Assembly (NCBI GenBank): GCA_051362555.1
Contig: CM120640.1
Location: forward strand, 42,572,788 to 42,636,787
Length of the DNA stretch: 64,000 nucleotides
Reading direction: 5' to 3'
DNA from: Lingula anatina
Taxonomy: Eukaryota; Animalia; Brachiopoda
A program made the translations under genes and the position numbers. The stretch's first letter is position 1. Every line of letters begins with the position of its first letter. This document shows positions 14,396-25,985 of this stretch, one piece after another. The notes under the pieces are model-generated. The model had not been told where the DNA came from. It worked only from the letters and a program-made list of their open reading frames with translations, and made no database searches.

Positions 14396-14796
14396 TTTTT
14401 ATGTACAGACCATATTGTTGCATCATTGGGACCTTACATGGGGACAGGCCCAGCACATAGCCAGAGACAGGGCCAAATGGAAAGAAGTGACTGTGGCCTT
14501 ATGTCCCACGCGGGACGAAGAGCAATGATGATGATATTGTTGCATCACATAGAACTATGACCTGAGGTCTGTCAGTTTTGATACTGTCTTTGGTGTCAAG
14601 CTAACTAGAAAATTTTTGACTTTTGTGATGCTAAAATACAACCAATCCCCCCACCCAATGTTGCTGTACTCTTGTGTGATAGGATGCATATAGGTTTTAC
14701 TGGATTATTTCATGTTTTGAGTAATTTAGGTTATCAGTTCAGTTTTAATTAAGACTTAAGACATTGGTCTGTACATTTGGTGGCTATTACTTTTTT
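14396..14796 (+). mobile_element. Degenerate Helentron-associated (HINE-like) element, family A, interrupted by an RTE fragment
   Basis: 5' TTTTTATGTACAGAC is identical to the start of the 28751 element; ATGTACAGACCA (14401-14412) is the exact reverse complement of TGGTCTGTACAT (14765-14776); a T-run follows. The 3' stem-loop is degraded. Confidence 0.55.
14426..14533 (+). mobile_element. 5'-truncated RTE-clade non-LTR retrotransposon 3' end
   Basis: Encodes WDLTWGQAQHIARDRAKWKEVTVALCPTRDEEQ*, matching the W..A...A.DR..W...V.ALC C-terminal pattern I recognise from RTE ORFs; short (TGA)n tail; perfect 14-bp TSD ATATTGTTGCATCA at 14412-14425 and 14534-14547. Confidence 0.88.
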
Positions 14797-17017
14797 GTTG
14801 TTGTTGTTCCTGATGCTAGGATTTTCATATTTCTCCTTATACTTATTTTTCTTGTTTTTATTTGGTGTGTTTTGAAAAAAAGGATTTCTTTGAAAACTAA
14901 TAAATGTGGGTGCAGGTTAAACCAGGTTAGTAATTGCATTTAAGTGCAGTGAAGAAACCAATAGATGTCCATGTTGCATGCACTTCAGGCCATTTCCAAT
15001 AATACAAAATAAGTCTGTCTAAATTTAAAATGTCTTAGATTGGCAAACCATTATTTACATAGTTACAATAAATGAAGCATATACACACTAGATTACTTTG
15101 ATCTTTACATTACTTTTGTTTTATTTGTTTTGAACATTTGTACATAATCATGTTTAGTCACTATAAAGTGCATTTTTTTAGTATGTATGTGTGATTGCTT
15201 TAATCACTCAGATGTTTTAAGACATAGAATCTAAGCCATGATTCTGTTTTCAGAAATTAATCTAATCCATCATGAATTGTTCAGTGTGTCACCTGAAAAA
15301 TGTATTTTACAGATTTACTTGAAAAGGGGGGGATAATATAAGTATCTTAGTTATGTAGGTTTTGAAGATTTTCTTCTCAAAACTATGCTTGGCTCTAGAA
15401 GTTTAGCTTATTTACAGGGTGAGTGTTTCTCACTTATGGATGTATAAACTACTCTTAACTAACTTTTTAGCACGTCTTCATAATTCTAGGTCAGCAATGC
15501 AAAGGTTACTTTGAGAAATGTGTCTTTTTTCAATTTTTACAGCAATCATGATTTAAACTACATCAAGGTATTAGTAAGGTAATGTCTCAAGGTGCCAGAT
15601 ATTGAATGCTCCAGTTCTTCTCAGAAAATACATTTCTTCTAAGATAAACAAGGAATTATGATTTACCCCCATACTGGATCAAATGTCTAAAACCAAGTCA
15701 ATGGCCTTCTTCTGGTAAACTGATGTTGAAATGTCATCAGTGTCATGTGGTGACGACCTATGTGGGAAGTCATCCAGGACCAGGTTTTACAGGTGGTGAC
15801 ACCCATGACAATTCAACCTTGGTTAAATTGAAAAAGGCCTTAAACATTAATTTTAAACATATGATCCAGTAAGAGAGTAAGCCATTTTTTATATTCCTAT
15901 CTTAAATTTAATTTACAATCACTGAATAAGTCAAAACGTCTTGATGACATTTTTCCTGACTTATCACCAACACTGCTTAACATTAAGGATAAAACATTGT
16001 CAAACAACATTTAAAGCACTTATGGATGCAATCAAGGCACATGACTTCTTGCTGCTTACACTTCATGTATGCTAACAAGGGGTGTGTATTGTTATTGTCA
16101 GTAACTACCAGGATAGGACTTGCCTCTATTATTACACTGCTTATTATAATAAGACACCTGCATGTTATAACCCACCTGCATATTATTCATAATTAGTGAT
16201 TTAATACACTACTAATTATACATAATACCTAAAATGTTGGCCTTTTTCTCTCAAATTGCTCGCATTAAGTATTGTCAAGAATATGTAATGCTGCAGGTTA
16301 ACAAGTCTAATGGAAGCATCGGGCACGTGAAGGACTGGGAGAAAATCATTACTTGTGTTTTAACTTCCTGCAGATCCATAATTGACACATTGACGGCAAT
16401 TTGTTCATCATCAAAATCTCAAGTGGTGGTGTCCCTGGATGTCTTTTCTTATTGTGGTGCAATCTAGGCATACTGTTAAATTGTTGACCTGCAAATGAGA
16501 ATTAGTATTGAAAGAACCTGACGGCTCTGTATCCAGGCAAACCGCCTACTCCAAAGGTATAATGATCTCAACATCAAATCACACATTTTGCACCATAGAA
16601 TTGTTTTTGTGACATCTGAAAGACCTAATAGAAAGACTGTCTCTGCCAGCTTCAACACTAACCTCAGACTGACATCAGGTTTTTTTTTTTTATCGAATAC
16701 ATTTTAATTAGAACCTAAGACGGCTTTTGATGAATATATATTTTAGTAGTTAGTCTATGGTATAATGAAACCATTTGGCTCATACTGCAAAGCCTGTGTT
16801 ACCTTTTAATTAACCTGTCCAGTGACCAGAGAGGTGCTAGCCTAATACTGGGACTCATCAATTCACCAAGCTTCTACTTTCTAAAGTTAAAGCTATTTTT
16901 CTTTCATTTACCCCATTTTCTAAATTTGGCTTATATCACTACAGGCAACCTCGCCGAGGTAAGCATGTTCATAATTTGAACATGGACCCTCGTATGTTTC
17001 ACTCATCGTATGTGTAC

Positions 17018-17298
17018 TATGAGTGCATTCAGAACAGATAAACCATGGTCTAACTGATCCGCCAACTAAATTGGGCCGACCCCACCTCAAAAGTGATGCT
17101 GCTAATTCACATTGGTCTCCCCGCCTCCACAAGCGTCATTAAACAAATTAAATCTCAGCTCGTAGGTTTAATTGCAATGGCCCATGTGGTGGTGGGAGGA
17201 CCATCATAGAATAAGTGGCATCACTTTTGAAGTGGGGTCGGCCATATTTAGTCGGGTAATCAGTTAGTCCTCGGATCATCTGTTCTGAATGCGTCCTA
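17018..17298. mobile_element. Foldback MITE, PIF/Harbinger-like
   Basis: Left GCATTCAGAACAGAT...CTAACTGAT...GGCCGACCCCACCTCAAAAGTGATGC is mirrored by right GCATCACTTTTGAAGTGGGGTCGGCC...ATCAGTTAG...ATCTGTTCTGAATGC. Confidence 0.85.
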
Positions 17299-18543
17299 TG
17301 AGTACAGGGCTAATGCTAGTCCAATTCATCTCCTTGGTTTGTCCTTATATCACCTCATATCTCAGTCTGATGATCACCTCTATGCTAACCCTTCCCTAAC
17401 TCATTCATCTTGTTCATTTTTATCGTTGAAATGCAGTTGATCTATGCTAGTTATCAATGGATTCTCTGTATAGAGTAAATGCTGGCATGTTATCTCTAAG
17501 AAAAATATTCTGTTTATTTTTGTATCCATTGACTCATTACTATGATGTTTATGTATATTAATTGGTTATCTTTATGGAAGTTGAGCAGCCAATCTTTGAA
17601 TTTTTTTTCACTCCATACCTATTCCTCCTCCATCCCTCTCTCAGCCCAACCTCAGTAAGTTTTAATTACCAGATTTGAACAGCAAATGTGCTTAGCACTG
17701 ATGAAAATGTTTTAATGATTCTTGGTGAATGATATGTATTAGTTTATGAATGGCAGGACATATTTAATGTCATCTTTGTTTGATTTGTCATGAGTGATGG
17801 CAGTTTTTTATAATTGAAATTTTTAATAAGTATGTAGCTAAATAAAAACAATGGTTACCACTCACCTAATGCAATTTGAGGTACTTGATCTCTCCCTTTC
17901 TACCATGTTGCCTGCTTTGAACCAGTTCAGTATCAATTAAATATTTTCTTCTAGTCTAATTCCAGTTGTGTGTATGTGTGTGCGTGTGTGTGTGCACTAA
18001 TTTTGCATTTGATTACCCACTGTATAACCTCCTAAAAAGAACATCAATAATGTAAAAACACAATATCAGGGATGAACATTCATGCATTTCTTGATGATAT
18101 ATTTTTTTATAAACAAACTCATGATCAAGTTTTTTTAAACAAGAAATTCACAGATACATGTAATTATGTTGATAATTTTACTTTACAGCAGTCGGATCCA
18201 AAATTTGGCTAAAGTGATGCATTCATTACTGCACTGTACATAGAGGTAGTCAAACCCATTTTCATAAGATGCTCTTTTAGACAAGAGTGGTAATTGAATT
18301 TATTTTGAAGATGCATATTAAGTACATATGTCAAATTAGTGCCGCTAAATGAGACCAAATGCCAACACAGTGTTTCAAATAGTATAACCTGAGAAATATT
18401 GCAGAGTTTTGTAATCATTTTTCCAGAAAAAAAAAATTAACATATTTCCTGCTTACTTTCCATGCCTTACAGGAGGGAGAATAAGTAGGTTAAATCTATT
18501 ACCAGAAACTGACAATGATACAGTTTTTAAAAAGTCTTTTTAT

Positions 18544-18562
18544 GGGGGGGGGGGGGGGGGGG
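18544..18562 (+). repeat. poly-G run
   Basis: 19 consecutive G; a shorter run lies at 6346-6358. Confidence 0.9.
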
Positions 18563-19246
18563 TATTTGTATTGTGTGAGAAATGAGTACTCATAATTTAT
18601 ATATGTTGCAGAGTACTTACTTTTGCTTCATATACACCTTTAAGTCATTAATTTTTAAAAAGACAGATGTTATATAATGTTTTATTTAATAATATATCAG
18701 TAGTATACCAGTATGTCCCTATTGGCAGACTTAATTGATATGGGTTATGTGGGCCTTAAGGACATCAAGAATTGTTCAGAGGACCATAAAGAAGTGGCTA
18801 TAAAAACTCTGCTATTTACATTTTAAACATTTGTGCTACATTGGCAGAAGGCTGCATAGATGTTTCTGAACTACAGATGATTATATCTTTCCCTACTATA
18901 TGTAATGGTAAACACTTTTTTTCTGCTAAATTTCCTTATTTCCTTCAAGTGCTCAAATGATCAATGAATCTATAGACACTAACATGTCCACTAAAACAAG
19001 AATGAATACCAGTTCATCATTGAGTAATAGTGTGATTTGAATTACCAGTTCCACTCAAATCAATAAAGAAAATGTATTTCCAAAACTGCTGATTACTTTG
19101 CCTATTACTTGATTTGTTCATATTCACATACTGATTTGCTTTTGTTTAAAATGTCAAAATGAAGTATATACTTAAGCTTTCAATAAAACAGCACATCTTC
19201 CTATTAGTCAGTTGGTATTTTCAAGCATGCATTTGCCATTATATCA

Positions 19247-19473
19247 TTTTTATGGATAGACTCTATTTGTCTGTATAGATTTAGCCATCATTTGTGGCTG
19301 CTGGAAGTGTTTGGTTTTGTTGTTATGCACATAACATTGCATCATAATTGACAAAAAACATTTTGTGCACATTCATCTTTTCATTCATCATTAGCAGAGC
19401 TGTTTTAATGCTATTGCTTCTATCAGTGTTGTCATTTATGTGTCTGTCCATTTGACAGCATTGCTGACTTGTT
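19247..19473 (+). mobile_element. Short HINE-like element, family A
   Basis: 5' TTTTTATGGATAGACTCTATTTGTCTGTATA and 3' GTGTCTGTCCAT-TTGA-CAGCATTGCTG-ACTTGTT both align with the two ends of the 28751-29428 element. Confidence 0.7.
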
Positions 19474-20029
19474 TCATTAATTTTTTCTGAAAGCCTTTCA
19501 CCGTCATATTTAAAATGATTCTGTTGTTATCACCACCGTTACTTTCATCCTTCTCCATCCAGCAATACAGCCGCATAAATCAGTTCACACCTAATCTGAA
19601 CCCTGTAGATGATTTTTGGTGATTTTATTCTGAGTGCCCATAAACACAACAGATGGTGTTATTGTTGCCAATAATCCATACATAGAATGAAAAGTTGTGA
19701 TATGAGCATAATGTTAAAGGTCCCTATGCAGTAGTAATGAAACTTCCCTGTCAATACATATCATAATGTACATTGTCAAGCTTGATTACACTGCAGTACA
19801 TTATTGGATAAAGTAACTGTAGACTAGGCTCAGAGTGACTAACAGGCACATTAGAAAGGATGTCACAATCAATAATTGGGTTTAAATAATATTGATTAGT
19901 ATACACTCTTTCCCAAACCCCTACAAAAACAATAGACAGAAGTTGAACCTTAAATAGCAAACCACACCACTGAGAAGATCCATCCCTGAAAGGCATAAAT
20001 GTTATGTTTTTAAAATCCCACTCTTTATT

Positions 20030-20271
20030 GTTAATCAGAGAGTAGAATTCTCCATCAACCAAATGATAATAAAATTATTTTGATAAATATTTAGAAAGGA
20101 AGAAAGGATGATGTTGAATCTATTAATAATTTTCTCTTTTGAGTGTCTATCTATCTATCCTGAAATTTCAATAAAATCTTTGCAGAACTTTTTGAGATCC
20201 ACCAATAGAGCACTAATAAAGAGATAAACCCAATTCTTATAAACACATTATCTCCTTTGTTTGTAGGTAAT
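20030..20271 (-). mobile_element. HINE-like interspersed element, family B (diverged)
   Basis: Minus strand reads TTACCTACAAACAAAGGAGATAATGTG...CTCAAAAAGTTCTGCAAAGATTTTATTGAAATTTCAGGATAGAT...TTGATGGAGAATTCTACTCTCTG, collinear with copies at 25733, 37631 and 48929. Confidence 0.6.
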
Positions 20272-21265
20272 TAAAATTTATTTGGAATATGTTTGTTCTT
20301 GTTTTACAGGACTGGTCAGGTTACAAATTACACACATTGCACTTCTCTCTCCACAAAAAGAACTGAAAGTTTAAAAAAATGCTTAAAAAGTTGAAATTGT
20401 GTTTATCAATCTTCATAGCATAGCACGTGTGGTATATACACCTCTTAGCTTTTGGGCAGTTTTGACTAAAATAAGCATACCAAAGTGAGACAGTCCACTA
20501 AATATTTGTCTCAACACCTTGTGCTTTTATACCAACAGTCTACTTTTATTCATTCTTCCAAAAACATTTCAGGTTAAGGGATGGTCAGTTTTAAGTTACT
20601 GCTTGATTAAGAATATAAAAAATATACAGTTATTTTATAAACCATGAATTTTAACAGCGGTATGTGTTGGCTTATCTTCAGAATAGCTAAAAGTTTAGTT
20701 TGATTTGTATGGGCATACAGTGACTAATTTTTTTTCTGAATGTTCAGCATAAAAAACTTTCTAGTAGTTCAAATGCAATTGGCAAGAACCAAGATAGCAC
20801 GGTACCCATTGGTACTGGTAGAAGTTAATGTTGGTACTCGTAACTGTCAATTTAGATAAAATATAAAAGCAGCAGTGAAAATTGGTCAGCACTTGTTGTA
20901 CTGAGGAATCCTGCTGTAGCCTAAGAAGCAAAAACAGTTGTGGAAACAGTTGTTAATTTATTTATTTGGTATGTGTAGTACATGTGTATTAACATGTTTG
21001 TTTATGAAGCCAAACATATTGTTGATTATAGTAGCAGCTGTGCTGAAAATACAACAATAACCATGTTGCTAATACATACATTTTCCATTTTGTTATTGAG
21101 ATAATAATAACTTAATGGTTTGAGTAAATTTCCTGTAACATTTTGTTGAAAGGTTTTTCTTATTGTTTCTTTTTTTTACTGAAGAAGCAAAGATACAATA
21201 TTAGAAAAAAAAAACAAAAATCAAGTGATAATGAAGAGCTAATATATATTATAGATATATCTTAC

Positions 21266-21326
21266 CTCAGTTCGTCCGTTATTCTCTTCAGTTTATTCTT
21301 CAGAACGTGATCTGTCATGACAACAT
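21266..21326 (-). CDS. Isolated 61-nt candidate exon, possibly first coding exon, of an unidentified protein
   Basis: Minus strand: gtttcttcatttttttccag|ATGTTGTCATGACAGATCACGTTCTGAAGAATAAACTGAAGAGAATAACGGACGAACTGAG|gtaaga. Strong acceptor and donor; one open frame VVMTDHVLKNKLKRITDEL(R/S); ATG at 21318 has G at -3; three CpGs retained in a CpG-poor background. Confidence 0.6.
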
Positions 21327-23540
21327 CTGGAAAAAAATGAAGAAACACATATGTACAAAGTGATTAACCGCAAAAGCTTCATATCAGTGTTGTTAATCTT
21401 GTTCCTGACCAGACTTCTATAAGTGTTACCTTGGAAAGAACACTTGTTTAAGGCCTGGTTATTTCCATCAGCATTGCACAGCTAACTGCAGCCGACAATT
21501 TGAAAACATGATCAGCTAGTTGTTAGGCCACTATTTACGGCTGACAGAAAGCTGATTTTGACTCAATCATTGAAGCAGCAATCTTATTTCACTGGAGATG
21601 ATTATCCCCTTCTCTTTTTTGCTAACCCTTCAATTTTTCAGAAATGTCAGCCTCTCTTGGGTCATGGTACAAGTAATAACTCAGTCGAAACCATACTTAA
21701 GGCAAGAATCGGGGAAAAATATTCAATCTAATAACCCATCAATGTGTTCTTGTAATCTCTGGCATGTGGGGGCTTCGGGCGGCTAGAGATTTAGCTTAAT
21801 ATGCTGGTACTGACAATTGAGGTAGTAATATGTTGTTGCTCTGTTCGATTACGTGGGTTACTGAAAATGGTGACCTTTTTAGCACGTTTCCTCAACAACT
21901 TACCCAACAGTCAGATGTATTGCACTACCCCTATATCTCTATACCACCTGATTTTATAGCAACCAGTGTCACCTGACCCAAGGCCTGCTTGGTTCTAGCG
22001 AGATTACAGCTTACCTGCTTACAGAGCGTCTGCCACAAAAAGCAGAGGCTCTCACAGATATTGTATAAATAACCTGGGAAAACATATGCTCTGATCTAAG
22101 TTAATAATGTCTGTGTATTGATGTTGTTTGGTTTAGAGACTTTGTTACCAAGCATATTGGTATTTCATTACATAATCTGCCAAACAGTTGTTTTTGGTGC
22201 TAATGAAACAAAATTGGAAATCTCTCAAGTTCTCGGTAAACTTTCTTTGAAAGTGTTCTTAGAAATATGGGGCGTCCTTTTCCTGTTGGATAACATTTAA
22301 TTGCCATTTTAGTCGTGTATAGATTAACAGTTACACCTCAAACAATAACAGAATAGTTAGGTCTCAAACAACAACAGAATAACATGACGTTCTACGCTTC
22401 AAGATGCATTAGATACAATTTCCTATATTTAACTTAGATAACATAAGCATCAAATTTTATCTCAAGACATTTCCATTAAATGAACAAAAACAGTTGGGAG
22501 ACCAAATAAAGACTGTAAAAACAAAGCCATTAAGTGTACTTTTGCAAGTGGCTGTGTCGCTTATCTGGCCCTTTTGACAAATTATAGTACAAAGGAAGTT
22601 TAGATCTCATTATGTGATACCACCTACTGCATTTTTTACCAGGAAGAGCTGATTGAGAAAGCTAGCCCATGTATTATTTATTTGTGTACTAAGTCATTCA
22701 TTAATCTTTCAAGACTAACTTTGTTGGTGTTTTTTTTCTTTTTTGTTGTATTGATCTGTGCAGAAAAACCTTTTTGTTTCCTTTAAGTTATTACATACTG
22801 CTAATTGAGCTTTATATTTAAGTGTCAAGTGTTTAATTTATTTTGACTGCTTAACACAGGAAAAACAATCCTCCTAGCTGAATGTCTTTGGCCAGATTGC
22901 TGATTATTCTTACTTGGAACCTGTTCCACAAGAAGAAAAAGCACTTTAGCCAGAAAATTGCTCTGAATTTCAAGGCAAAGATTTTAGTTTAACCCAAGAT
23001 AAATCAGAAACAACCCAGTCATGTTTTAACATTGTACCTGTTTTATATCCAGAAATACATGGTTAATGTTTTGGACAACAAAACTTATTTCATTTAAGTC
23101 GACTGCTATATAGCTGGTGTATCTTGAACTGAAGCAGGCCAAAATTTTGGTCTAGCTATTTGCCAGCTTTCTTTTGTGATATTAGCTGTTGAAAAAACTC
23201 TGGATTAACAACAGAATGTGTAGAATGGACCCATTTGTTCAAGATATGTTTGGTAATAGTGATACATTTTTTACAGTGCCAAAGTATTTACTTGACAATG
23301 TATATTATTTGACAAACCTATTGACCAGTTAATACATAGAAAAACCATGCTACATAAACCCTTCCAACTTTCTTAACTCGAGGAGATGATAATAGATCTT
23401 TCTAAACCTAAATGTTTATCCAGAACTTCTGCAACAGTTGAATGTTTTACAAACTTTTTTAATTATAAATACTTGTATGTATTTGTGTACTTTTCATTGT
23501 TATGTACAAACACATTGTACATGCATTTAGGTTTCTATCT

Positions 23541-23544
<4 letters not shown>

Positions 23545-23622
<78 letters not shown>
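23545..23622. repeat. (TA)n microsatellite
   Basis: About 39 uninterrupted TA units; source of the IYIY ORFs. Confidence 0.97.
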
Positions 23623-23625
<3 letters not shown>

Positions 23626-24826
23626 GTATACAGTAAATGTAAATTGCATCTCAAGTCTCTTTTAAAATATGGCCAGCTTCCATTACATGGAGCTCTGTAT
23701 GTACTTACCAGTAACCACATGCATAAAACACTCACTGCCAGAAGCACCAGCTTTTACAGGGGCAATAGTTTTATCACTTCAAACAAATGTCCAGGAAATT
23801 GATTGTACATGTATGAAATGGTGGTTGTGAAAATAAAGTGGAAATGCATAAAATGGAATTTTTCTCGTTAATTGGAATTCAAACAGAGCTTTTTTATCTG
23901 TGTTTTTTTGTCTGTGTGCTTAGACTATTTAATTGCTTCTCCAGTTAGGTGATGACTTTGTTGCGATACTATCTCTGCGTGACTGCTGTTTGAGAAGAGT
24001 GACAAGTGAACAATTAATTGATTAAATATTGTAAAACGGTACCATGAGGCCGCATTCATGACACTTGTTTAACATGAAGTGTCCAATGGGATTGCTGCTT
24101 ACGTTTCATCAGTTGGACTATCAAACAAAGCAAAAATTTGATTTGAAGAGGGGAACAGTATGAGGGGCGTGGTCAGTGTTTGACATGCAAAGTCTGTATT
24201 CTGGCCATACTGTAGATGAACAGGAGGAACACCAATCAACTAGAAATCAAAAATTACTTGCGATCATGCAATATTGTCATGCACGTATTGTTCTTCTGAG
24301 TTGGGGTGAAAGGTTCAATTACTGAACAAAAAGAAATGAAAATAATGTAAACCATGAATTATGGAAACAATATTCCACGAATTTCAAATACCATACAAAA
24401 AAATCAATGGAATGAAAATGTTACAGAATAATGTTTACGTAAATGGTGCTTAGATATGTCATTTGTATCGACAGGCTGAACTGATTTGCTGCAGTAACTC
24501 AAAGAATTAGATTAGACTGCATATGAAAACACTGTTACTGTCTTTTTAAGTAATAAGGTGTATATTTAACTTAATGGCTATAAACTAACTTTTCTCTCTA
24601 CTAATAAGAGACCTCATTGACTAAGAAAACTACTGTTTTTGGAGAAAGGAGTGGCTAAAGAACTTGATAATAACTGTGAAATCCTATTATACAGTTTTCT
24701 TCAATATCTCCTGAATAAGGCATTCTTCATTACAACAAATATTAAGCTTTTATAATAAAGTATTTGAGGGCAATATCATGTCCATAATTTGAATCTTAAG
24801 TCAGGTTTTCTGTCTTTACTCACTTA

Positions 24827-25283
24827 GTCCCCATTCCCATAGACCCCATTTCCAGAGATTAGATCGATCTACTTTAGATCGACCTAACTTCCTGGGGGTT
24901 CACGCTAAATAGCTGTCAGCCGAGCGGACACGAAAGTTAATTACCCCCTTACAGCTTGTAGTAGGCCGGACGGACATTTAAGCCGGATTATCTGACAGTA
25001 ATCTAGTGAGACTCCCCGTGGGGATAGATAGTTCTAAAAGCTCTGGGAATACAGCCATAGACACCATCAATCCAACTTTGCAGGGACTCTCGCTGAGTGC
25101 AATTAGCATAACTTAATGACATGTCTCCTCTTATTTCCAACATACTCGTGGGAACACCAGCTTCTCTGTATTCTACATAATGCCAGAAGGGGTGTCAATC
25201 TGTTAAACTGATTGCATTCAGCGAAAGTTCCCGCAGAGTTGGATCGATCTGTGTAGATTGGTGGTATCTATGGGAATAGGGCC
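24827..25283. mobile_element. Outer foldback MITE, PIF/Harbinger-like, left TIR interrupted by a second MITE
   Basis: Left GTCCCCATTCCCATA-[insert]-GACACCATCAATCCAACTTTGCAGGGACTCTCGCTGAGTGCAATTAG matches the reverse complement of the right end GGCCCTATTCCCATAGATACCACCAATC...GATCCAACTCTGCGGGAACTTTCGCTGAATGCAATCAG; flanks TTA and TAA. Confidence 0.82.
24842..25056. mobile_element. Inner nested MITE with related TIRs
   Basis: Left GACCCCATTTCCAGAG versus right reverse complement GGCTGTATTCCCAGAG; arms continue to CTGTCAG/CTGACAG; ATA on both sides (24839-24841, 25057-25059). Confidence 0.72.
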
Positions 25284-25307
25284 TAAGGCCCATCTCAGCA
25301 GGTCCTC

Positions 25308-25382
25308 TCATCATGATAAGCTCACAATATTCTGATCATGATCAACTCACCATAGCTTCTAATCATGATTAACTCACCAAGT
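25308..25382 (+). repeat. Minisatellite, ~26-bp unit x3
   Basis: ATCATGATAAGCTCACAA / ATCATGATCAACTCACCA / ATCATGATTAACTCACCA in tandem. Confidence 0.75.
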
Positions 25383-25732
25383 CCTATTGGAGATAATTTT
25401 TGCATCACCAGCATATTTTTTAGCTCTATGTGAAACCACCAGTTTCTATAATTCTGATGGGTTTAATGGACAAAGCCTCTAGTGTTATATGTAAAAAAAA
25501 AACTGGTAATTGTAAATAATTATCCCTCTATCTCTCTCTTTCTTTCTCTCTTTCAGTGCATGTGCATGTGTTTTTAAAGCAAAATCCGGCTGCCTGGATC
25601 AGATGCTCTTAACAGTGTATATTGAGCTTTATGTATCTCAGTACTTGTAGTTCAGAAAATATATCAATAAAAACCTTTTGTGTAGAGGTAAAACTTTGGC
25701 CATTTGCATGTCAGTTTTCCAGTGTTAAGAAG

Positions 25733-25985
25733 TTATTACTTCTGCCAATGATTCAGGCTGTTTCCATTGGTTTTGGTTTGTGTGTGGTCTCTTTGTTAGC
25801 GGACGAGATATCTCAAAAACTTCATCACAAATTTTGATGAAATATTCAGGATAGATGATGATTTGAAATCAGTTGTTCAGGAGGCACAGACTTGATAACA
25901 ATTTCAACTAAATACAGATTTCTTCATTTTTTAAAATTTTCATTTTTCTGTGATGGAAGTGTGTCTTGTGAAAGCGCTCTATATT
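25733..25985 (+). mobile_element. HINE-like interspersed element, family B
   Basis: TTATTACTTCTGCCAATG...TG-rich tract...ATCTCAAAAACTTCATCACAAATTTTGATGAAATATTCAGGATAGAT...TGATGGAAGTGTGTC...GCGCTCTA followed by a T-run; shares blocks with 48929 and 37631. Confidence 0.65.

Noticed and set aside
15918-15950. ACTGAATAAGTCAAAACGTC as a Penelope-type hammerhead core
   Set aside because: CTGAnGA and GAAA cores are both broken and stem II is missing.
19599-19622. ACCCTGTAGAT resembling the start of miR-10
   Set aside because: Match ends after about 11 nt and there is no precursor hairpin.
21818-21900. TGAGGTAGTA resembling let-7
   Set aside because: Only 10 nt match, the 3' half differs and no convincing star arm pairs with it.
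23386-23802. 138-aa ORF, longest in the track
   Set aside because: Extended by the (TA)n microsatellite; no coding features.
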